DNA of 64,000 bases from Diplonema japonicum (lineage: Eukaryota; Protista; Euglenozoa: Diplonemea). This document shows, one piece after another, positions 1-9,572 of this stretch. Below the pieces are notes generated by a model. The model saw only the letters and a program-made list of their open reading frames with translations. It made no database searches and was not told the DNA's origin. The first letter of the stretch is position 1. Each line of letters starts with the position of its first letter. The DNA is taken from NCBI GenBank assembly GCA_964019335.1, contig OZ025657.1, positions 1-64,000 of the forward strand, written 5' to 3'. The position numbers and the translations under genes are program-made.

Positions 1-176
1 GGTTTGCGGGTTTGCGGGTTTGCGGGTTTGCGGGTTTGCGGGTTTGCGGGTTTGCGGGTTTGCGGGTTTGCGGGTTTGCGGGTTTGCGGGTTTGCGGGTT
101 TGCGTGTGGGGTTTGCGGGTTTGCGGGTTTGCGGGTTTGCGGGTTTGCGGGGTTTGCGGGTTTGCGGGTTTGCGGG
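1..176. repeat. Tandem 8-mer array (GGGTTTGC)n / (GCAAACCC)n, telomere-like; runs off the window start
   Basis: About 21 near-perfect units. One disrupted unit at ~101-110 and one extra G at ~150. Confidence 0.95.
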
Positions 177-752
177 ATCGGGTGGTGTCTGCACCCCCGG
201 GTCTGCAACTTGACCACCCTCCATGCCGTTTCCAGAGTCCCCTTGAGCACGCCACCCTTTGAAACGAACAGGTTGCACCGCCGAACACCCACACGCGTAC
301 GTGATCTGGAAATCCTGGACCGTCCTCGGGAACTCGAACTCGCGGTATGTTTCCGACTTCTGCACCTCACAACCCACAATGCGGCTGCGGCGCTCTCCGT
401 CCGACCCACCTTCCAAGCTTGCGAAGTACTGCTTTACCATCATGTATCCAAGTCCAGCGATACCAATCTGGCCAGCCATAGCCACCTCCAGTGGAACACC
501 CAGCGACTCGGCCTTCACAAGAAGCATCTCCTCAGTCCTCTCCCTTCCAGGGTCCGTTCCTTCTTCAAGGATGATCTCCACCCGGCCCTCGAACTGGATG
601 ATGAACTTGAGCAGTCGGTCCCCCGGCCTCGCCCTCAGTGGCACCATCGCTCTCGGAATTGGGATGCCCATCACCACATCAATCGGGTCAAGCTGAACGA
701 AGTCTCCCCCTACTTCCACCTGCTGTTCCCTTTCCGGTGCCCCGACTCCCAT
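1..752 (-). CDS. Stop-free ORF (MGVGAPEREQQVEVGGDFVQLDPIDVVMGIP...) running into the 8-mer array; function unknown
   Basis: Manual translation: ATG at 752, frame open from ~930 to the window start. Missing from the ORF track because it has no stop in the window. The + strand ORF 259..696 is its antisense shadow. Confidence 0.5.
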   Translation of the reverse strand, partial: MGVGAPEREQQVEVGGDFVQLDPIDVVMGIPIPRAMVPLRARPGDRLLKFIIQFEGRVEIILEEGTDPGRERTEEMLLVKAESLGVPLEVAMAGQIGIAGLGYMMVKQYFASLEGGSDGERRSRIVGCEVQKSETYREFEFPRTVQDFQITYACGCSAVQPVRFKGWRAQGDSGNGMEGGQVADPGVQTPPDPANPQTRKPRKPANPQTRKPANPTRKPANPQTRKPANPQTRKPANPQTRKPANPQTRK

Positions 753-858
753 CTTCTGATCTCCCTCCGGCGTCTGGATCCCACCCCTAGGTGTGTCAGG
801 CCCCGACTGGCTGCCTCCGCTCGGTGCGTTCCCGCCCTCTTTGGTCCCTTCGGGGGCG

Positions 859-2638
859 TCATCCGCCTGCGGCTTCAGAGTCCTCCCACCGCCCTCGTCT
901 CTTCGCAGCTTGTTCCCTACAGAATTCGCTCACGGTCTTCCTCGTAGCAGTTGTCGCACTCTGGTCCCCCTTGTTCGAGTCCCTCTGGGCCTCCGTATCC
1001 CCCTTAGGACACTGGTCCAAGGTCTGGTTCACCGCAGCGTCAGTCGCCCCTTGTCTCTTCCCATCTTCCTGGGCCTTCGGGTCAAGCTCCCCTCCCTGCC
1101 CAGCCCTCTCGCTGGATCCTGTTCCGGCCATCTCCGTGTCTTCTCCTCCCGGCGAGGCTGCTTCGAGTCCTGCTCCCGCTTTCCCTTGTGTTCCACCCTC
1201 CACCGGTTCCGCCTTTCGCTGCTGCTGCATTCGGGCGTCCAGGTCCTTCTTCGTCTGCTCCAGAAGGGCATCCAGCTGGTGGGCCACCGTGATTGGGGGT
1301 CCGCCTCCCTGTCCCTTCACTTCCCTCTCGGACGACTCCTCAGCTTCGGTGGTTTTTTCATTGCCGAAGGAGTCCTCTGTGAGGTCAGTGTTGGATTCAG
1401 TGTTGGGTTCGTTGTTCGCTTCCTCGTTGTCCTTTTTTTCCTCTTCGCCGTCCGGTATCGGGGGCCCTGGATCCAACTGTACAGGCCCTTTGACTAACAG
1501 CGCCCCTGCTATCGATCTCATCATGGCCGTTGACACCTCTTGGACCACACGCCTGTGTATCGAGACTCTGTCCCCGTGAGCCCGCGCAGCTATGCTCCTG
1601 GACAGTTTCTTCGTGAGGTAGACTGCTGCCTCCCCGAACCCCCCAAAGGTCTCCATCGCGAAAGGTACAAAGGCCACGCGTGTCTTGGCGAGCTCCGCCT
1701 CATACTTCTGGCGCTTGTAGTGTTCCGCCTTCGCCGCTGCGTACCCCGCAGTCTTCGCCGCCTGGTTGACACAAGACTCGTTCCTCGGGTGGACGATGAC
1801 CACGTCCATAGCCATTGGGCGGGAACCCCCCACCCCACCTGGGAAGAACACGTCCGCCGGGCGCTGGGACGACCCCGGGATCAGCCCCGTCTTCTCCATC
1901 GTTGCGCTCACCCCGGCCCACTGACAGTGTCTGTGGATGGTCTCCTTCACCCGGTCGTGCCTCGCAATCCTGGCGTTGCCGCATCCCTGGGCATGGTCAC
2001 CCCATACGTCCATCCCCTCAGTCTTGCACCTCGGGTCGTGGCAGCTCTCACCCTGCTTGTAGACCGGAGCCCCCAACCACCACTTGATCAGAGCCCCAAA
2101 CTCGTTGTCCGACAGCTGGTTGTAGAAGTCAGGCGTCGCCGTCAACCACGCCCCCGCATAGTGCATTGACTCCGACATCAACCTCGCTCTCGAGCGTGCA
2201 TCTGCTTTCGCCAAGAGGTCCTCCAGCGCCTTCTCATCAAGCACCCTAGAGAGCCACCTCTGGCTGCAGATGTGGGGGGCCTTGGCCACCATGTCGGGTG
2301 TAATCTGCATGCCGCCTTTCGTCCTGTTGAACCACTCGAGCCAGCTCCCCCATACACCCCCTTCCAGCCCATGTTCGTATTTGGGATCCAGCTCCTTGCA
2401 CAGCTTCATCGTCGACGCCCTCGAAGCCATGTTGGCCGCGCGCAGGTGCTCCTGGCAGCTCCTCATCCCAAGCCCACCGACTTTTACGGACAGTTTCGCC
2501 TGCTGCCATTCTTTCGACCCGTTCTCGAACTGCATGCCGCACACCTTCGACATCGTCTTCCGCACCATCTCGTCGAACCTGTGCATGACCCCTCCCACAT
2601 GCGAGTCTGGGACCACTCTCATGTAAAACACCAGTTTG
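859..2638 (-). pseudogene. Partial RT-thumb + Zn knuckle + restriction-like endonuclease ORF with a ~200-aa acidic low-complexity tail
   Basis: ORF track 859..2631. The frame extends to the junction at 2638/2639. N-terminally truncated. Confidence 0.85.
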
Positions 2639-2802
2639 CTTCCCTCTCGGACGACTCCTCAGCTTCGGTGGTTTTTTCATTGCCGAAGGAGTCCTCTGTG
2701 AGGTCAGTGTTGGATTCAGTGTTGGGTTCGTTGTTCGCTTCCTCGTTGTCCTTTTTTTCCTCTTCGCCGTCCGGTACCGGGGGCCCTGGATCCAACTGTA
2801 CA
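2639..2802. repeat. 164-bp direct duplicate of 1320..1483
   Basis: Direct comparison shows one mismatch (T1458 vs C2777). Confidence 0.95.
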
Positions 2803-3345
2803 CAGGCACCGTACACAGGCACAGACGCAGACACACGCACACCCGCACAGACACACCCACACCCGCAAACAGACACACCCACACCCGCACAGACGCGAAC
2901 ACGAACACAGCACAGACACGCACAGGCACAGACGCAGACACACGCACGCACAGACGCACACAGACACTAACACAACACAGGCACACGCACGTACACAGGC
3001 ACAGACGCAGACACCCGCAAGCACACAGACACACCCACACCCACACCCGCACCCGCACAGACGCACGCACACAACACAGACTGCCAGACACACACGTACA
3101 CCCACACACACACAACAGATGACACATGCAAGCACACAGACACACGCACCCTCACAGACACGAACACGAACACACACAACACAGACTTCCAGACACACAC
3201 GCACACCCACACAGACACACGCACACCAGCACCCGCAGACACACACGTACACAGGTACAGACGCAGACACACGCACGCACACAGACACACCCACACACAA
3301 ACGCACCTGCCACAGACGCACCCACACCCGCACCCGCACCACGCT
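2803..3345. repeat. Degenerate CA-rich minisatellite (units such as GTACACAGGCACAGACGCAGACAC and CACACCCGCACAGAC)
   Basis: Recurring units at ~2811, ~2921, ~2991 and ~3247. The + strand has almost no T. Confidence 0.85.
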
Positions 3346-3553
3346 CTACCTCGATGGTGGTGGTTGCTGTACCCCCCACGCTACTCGCCAACTGTCCACG
3401 CAGCTGCTTCACCGCTTCCCACTATTTTTACAGCTCCCTCCCGCCGTCATGGTTTCTTCTTCTTTTTTTCTGTTGATAATTGCAGGTAAGCTTTTGAAAT
3501 TTCCCTTGCAGGAGGAAAAAAAGACGGGGAGAGGGGGAAGGGGAGTGGGAGAA

Positions 3554-3592
3554 AACTTGACATTTAAGGTTCGCGTTTTCTCTCTCACCGAA
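3554..3592 (-). promoter_or_regulatory. Putative 3'-UTR element, copy 1 (downstream of alpha-tubulin)
   Basis: Similar to 55388-55433. Confidence 0.45.
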
Positions 3593-3777
3593 GAAAAAAA
3601 AAGAGATGCTATTCGCACCAAAAATAAAAAAGGAGAAAATAAAAAAAGGGTTCTAAACGAGGAGGATTGGGAAAAGAATCGAAAGAGCTGCAGTTTCTTT
3701 GCCTTACGATTCAATCGTTTTTTTTTTTTTTTTTCCACTTTCACCAAGACTTCCACCAAGAGTATACTACTCCCGGC

Positions 3778-5304
<1,527 letters not shown>

Positions 5305-5473
5305 TCATTATGTCACGAATAAGGCTCTTTATCACAAAAAAAAGAAGGACAGGAAAAGAAGTCACCCGTTCACGACTGGAGTCATCGACCGTCAGCTGAG
5401 CGGGAGGGTTTGGGCGAATTCGCGAAGAAAGAGGCTAAAAAAGTCCTTTACATGTTTATGGTGCCTTAAAATC

Positions 5474-6685
5474 TTAAAACTGGTGGAAACCAGCCCTCGT
5501 AGGTATCCACTCCTCAGTGAAGCATTGCAAGGACTTCTGGCATTTCAGATGAGTCAGCTGGAGGGATCGTTTCATGTTTGCGGTGTGGTGTAGTGCTGCA
5601 GCTTCGTGGTGCAGCGTGATAGGGTGGGTGCGGCCGAGGATGGACGAGATGGGTGCGACAGGGGCGACACGGGGGGTGAGATGGGCCTCGATGGTATGTG
5701 TGTCAAGTGTGTACTGGGTCGTGATTTCGCATCGTGAAGACATTTCATCTTTTTTTACAGACAGCAGTTTCAAGGTGCAGTAGCACCATCGCAACAGCGA
5801 TGTCCATGTCTCGTGTTGAACTACTTGCGTCTGCAGCCGGTTGTTCTGTTCTAATCTTTGAAGGGTTTCTTGCATGCCGGGCACATAATCTAGAAAGAAC
5901 CTAGAGCACGCCGCCTCATTGTCCCTCGCATGTTTCACGCTACGCATCACTGCCATGGCCGTTACATCGCACCACTCTGTTCTCCGCTCGTCATTCATCG
6001 CCCTACGTGCTTCTCTCTCTGACTGGAGGATCACCGCTTGCTGTCTTGCCATCTTAGCATCTGCATCCTCTATTTCTTCTCTCTTAATCCTTTCTTCCAT
6101 CGCTAACGTCCTCATGTGGTGATCCATTGTTACCTTCGACAGTGTAGCTAAGCAACGCGATATCGGCCCCAACTTCGTTTTGAGGTCCTCTCGCATCCCT
6201 GCAAGGCTTTCTTTAAGCTGCATCGCCGCTGTAAATGACTTGTAAAAAGCAGAAAATAATTTATTCTTCGTCTTTATCTTTTCCAAACTCGGCTCGCGTG
6301 CTTTTTCTTCTGCCTTTCTTCGCTGCTTCTGGAAGACGAACCTTCTCCATGTCCCCCAGAAGCACCCTAAGGCACCCCTCCCCACCCATCGGTACATGAG
6401 TCTGGCCTTTGCTTCCTTTTGCCGCTGTACTTCTTGCAGCAGCATCTTCCTCTCTTCGACCACCTCCTCGCAGTAAGCCTTTACCCCATCCAGCATGCAC
6501 CACACACGCAGCTCCCTTTGTTGCATTATAACATTCTTCATAATGTTCCAATACTTCACACGCACCCTATTGTCACCCATAGCCGTCATCACCCGGTCCA
6601 TGTCGTGCATCCCCCCCCACCTGGTGTAGAGTAGTGGCGCATGTTCAAGTCTAGAGAAAAGATGGCCGGTAGGTACCTGTGCCAT
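5474..6685 (-). CDS. Hypothetical coiled-coil protein
   Basis: Long ORF 5474..6748 with its first ATG at 6685; helical, E/R/K-rich. Confidence 0.7.
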   Translation of the reverse strand: MAQVPTGHLFSRLEHAPLLYTRWGGMHDMDRVMTAMGDNRVRVKYWNIMKNVIMQQRELRVWCMLDGVKAYCEEVVEERKMLLQEVQRQKEAKARLMYRWVGRGALGCFWGTWRRFVFQKQRRKAEEKAREPSLEKIKTKNKLFSAFYKSFTAAMQLKESLAGMREDLKTKLGPISRCLATLSKVTMDHHMRTLAMEERIKREEIEDADAKMARQQAVILQSEREARRAMNDERRTEWCDVTAMAVMRSVKHARDNEAACSRFFLDYVPGMQETLQRLEQNNRLQTQVVQHETWTSLLRWCYCTLKLLSVKKDEMSSRCEITTQYTLDTHTIEAHLTPRVAPVAPISSILGRTHPITLHHEAAALHHTANMKRSLQLTHLKCQKSLQCFTEEWIPTRAGFHQF

Positions 6686-6903
6686 GCGGAAGCTACGTCG
6701 ACCAACGATAAAGCTATTGAGAGCGAATAAAAGACAGTACGGCAGCAAACAATTGTCGGGTTACCCACAAAGGGGTTTGTTGTTGCGGGCTAACCCACCG
6801 AGTTCAAAGCGTAATAATAACAAAATACATAACTCTAAGGGATAGGGGGATGACAAGAAACGATGAAAAGATCTACCAACATAACAAGAGCCTATTGCTA
6901 GGG

Positions 6904-9530
6904 CTAAGGAGCTAGTGCCATTATAGCCTTCTTTCTGCAGATCACAGCATCGATGCGGGGGTTGAGAAGCTGGAAGGAAGGCGGGAGAGAGGAGAAGCGC
7001 TTCAGACCGCAATCATAGCGCAGGCACTACGTGAGATTAATGAAATGACAAAACAAGGACATACCTCAACAGCGTCACTGACGAGCGCACGCGGACCCAT
7101 GCCGTGCAACCTCCGGTAGCTGGCCCCAGAAAAATCAAAACCATAAAGTGCCTAAAAGAGATGAGTTTGCAACTCTTCATACCTTACCTTTAATATAGGC
7201 TGCTGAGCTGCTTTGACAAGCAGAATGAAATGCGTGTCCGCATCCGCTGCGTCAATGGCATTCAAGAAGTCAAATTGTGCTTTGGCATTGATCCTTCCTG
7301 GAAGGCACACATGTTTTATGGCATTGACAACCTGCTTCCTGTTGCATCGTGGCGTGCTTATCTCCTTAACGATGGGTGGGGGCTTCGAAATGAGGACCGG
7401 TTTGGATGCTTTAGGGGAGTCAGTCTGCAGTACAGCTTCAAATTGCAAACGCTCGTCGGCTTCATGCATGGCGATTTGCTTCACTCTATTTAGCTTGTTC
7501 GAGCTGAACTGCTTCACTGGGCGCTGCTTCTGCAACTCTTTTGTGACGCGTTCGTTTTCTTCTTCCATCGCTTTAAGATGTTTTTCGCAAGATCCCGAAA
7601 GTGGTCGAGCGCCTGGAATGCGTGCTGTGTCTCTACCTCTTTGAATGGAGAGTCTTACTTCCGAGTCCATGCTCTTTAAGAGCCCTTTCATCTTCTCAGG
7701 TGAGCAACAGACGATTGGCCGTAGCGCATCGTTCTTAATTGGCGTTTGCAACGTGATAGCCCCCACCTCTGCTTCTAGTTGCATAAGCTCGTTCATTAGC
7801 TTTAACCTCATACTTGACCTTGCCTCGCTCTTGGGTGTGGCCTTGGGCTCTGGCGTAGCCTCGGGAAAAACCTGTGGCACAAGGTTTTCGACATCGCAGA
7901 CCTCCGAACTACTATGGCTTTTACTGCAACTCTCAACAGAATGGTCGGCCTCGCTAGTATCAAACACATCCCGAAGATGCAATGCGTCCTCGCCTTCTGT
8001 TCCCCCCAGCACATAATGTGGCCCCTCTGTCTCTTGAACTTGGTCAGTCTCGAGAGGAAGGTCCCCTTCATGTGTGGTGACATCTTGCAAAGAGCAATCA
8101 GCTGATCTTTGCGACACGCACTGACGTTCTGTAGCTGACCTAGAAAGGAACCCCGCGAACTCGCATGAAGCTTCAGACTCCGTGTCTGAGCATCCCGAGG
8201 TGCTGGTAACGGGTGTTGAAGGCATAAGTAACTTCATACTCTCCCTTACAAAACTGACAGATGCCGTGGGGTTTACTGGTTGCTTTTCAAGTTGTATCAC
8301 GAAGTGCTTTTTGCCTGTTATCATTTTTGCTAAGTCGAAGCAGTTGTGGATATCTGCTCCATCAATACTTCTTACAAGCATGCCCTTTCGGACACCGCCA
8401 TGAAAGGCAGGGCTGCCGGACCCCACATCATGGACTACGGCAGGGCTTCCGAGGTCAGGTGACACATCGATGCCGATGGGCGCCGTGGATGATGAACGCT
8501 CAATCGAGCAGGTCAACACATCGGTGTCTATGGAGTACTGATAGCGGTAACGGGCACAATCATGCACTATGGGAGATTGGGACTGCTGTGGCTCAACTAG
8601 ATTGTCCTTTTGCAAGGGACATCCTCCAAGGATGCCATCACACGACTTCTTCAGTACGATGTAGCTCATCTGGATCAACCATATCATGTGCCACCGAAGC
8701 CTCGATGCATTGTTCACCAGAGCTTCTGCCGTGAATGGTGGTGTTACCTTTGATCTCTTGCATGCGTCTAGCAAAACAGACCAGTTTCCAACCATCTCCT
8801 CCTTTGATAGGTTGCTACCTAGACTCAGGGAGTCCAACGGGAGGAAGGAGGTATCGTACTTGTAGTAAGTTAACGCCAGCAATCTGCCGTCAAGAAGTAC
8901 GTCTGCGATATCACTTGGTGGATTACATGGCTCAACAACGTCACTGAAGAGTGAAGACACCTTGCTTAGCCAGCACATGAGCGAGTCTTCAAGCGATTCA
9001 TCACCCGCTGACTGATGGTGCGTGAAACAGGAAATGTGGTTGTGGATGTCTGCCACCTGTACAAATGATGTGCAGTACTCGCGTAGCAGAAAATCAATCA
9101 GTGTGTTGTGCATTGAAGGCGAGAATTTCGACAAGCTGGAGAGCTCAAGGGCAGCCGCAGCGTCTTCCAGGTCACAGGAAAAGCCGTGCTCACTTGTTAT
9201 CCACTGCAGCAAACACATGTGTCTGTCTACAGCCTCACTCTCTAGCACGGCTTCAACGTAGTCAGGCAAGTCAGCATACACAACACGCGTGGCATAAATG
9301 TAGAGGGACCCATCACACAGCAGCTCGGAGAGCTTTATGTTACTTCTAAACAGAGCACCGGATTCGCCTTTATGGGTGTCTATTGCCTGGCAGACCTTGC
9401 ACATAGTGTCCACAAAGTCAGCCTCAGAGTCGTTCTCTGGGATCATCTCACGGAGCACAACATCGTACAGCCACGTGAGGTGCGAACCTAAGACCACCAG
9501 GTCATCATCACCTGCCTCATCTGTCCACAT
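6904..9530 (-). CDS. CAMSAP/Patronin-like microtubule minus-end protein (N-terminal region + CH, PDZ, coiled coil, CKK); introns 7152-7187 and 7027-7064
   Basis: CH motif 'LEDSLMCWLSKV..LLDGRLLALTYYKY'. CKK 'NRKQVVNAIKHVCLPGRIN..HFILL', which splicing completes as 'KALYGFDF..HGMGPR..RYDCGLKRF..IDAV'. Confidence 0.85.
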
Positions 9531-9572
9531 GTTACCTGAAAAGTCTAGCAAAAGCGCAGAGATGAAATACCA

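Larger units (their letters stand above)
177..2802 (-). mobile_element. 5'-truncated non-LTR retrotransposon of the CRE/RLE group (CRE/SLACS/MoTeR-like)
   Basis: ORF 859..2631 has the post-RT 'KLVFYMRVVP' and 'QAKLSVKVGGLGMRS' motifs, a CCHC knuckle (CHDPRC..DVWGDHAQGC), RHD, and an RLE core (RPAD..DVVIVHP..AEHYKRQKY..FVPFAMETFGGFG). No YxDD RT core is present. The 3' boundary is inferred. Confidence 0.88.

Noticed and set aside
1-176. Calling the array a bona fide chromosome-end telomere
   Set aside because: The G-rich strand reads inward from the left edge, opposite to a terminal telomere, and the window edge need not be a chromosome end.
4-947. + strand ORFs with (RVCGFAGL)n
   Set aside because: Translation of the 8-mer repeat and antisense of the minus-strand frame.
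2803-3345. CRISPR-like repeat/spacer array
   Set aside because: Degenerate low-complexity modules with no unique spacers, no cas genes, and a eukaryotic context.
3340-3425. Short minus-strand frame WEAVKQLRG..TTTIEVER resembling a PDZ C-terminus
   Set aside because: Under 30 aa with no credible start; cannot be supported.
2246-3476. Cys/Val-rich and Thr/His-rich ORFs
   Set aside because: Artefacts of the stop-poor CA/TG satellite.
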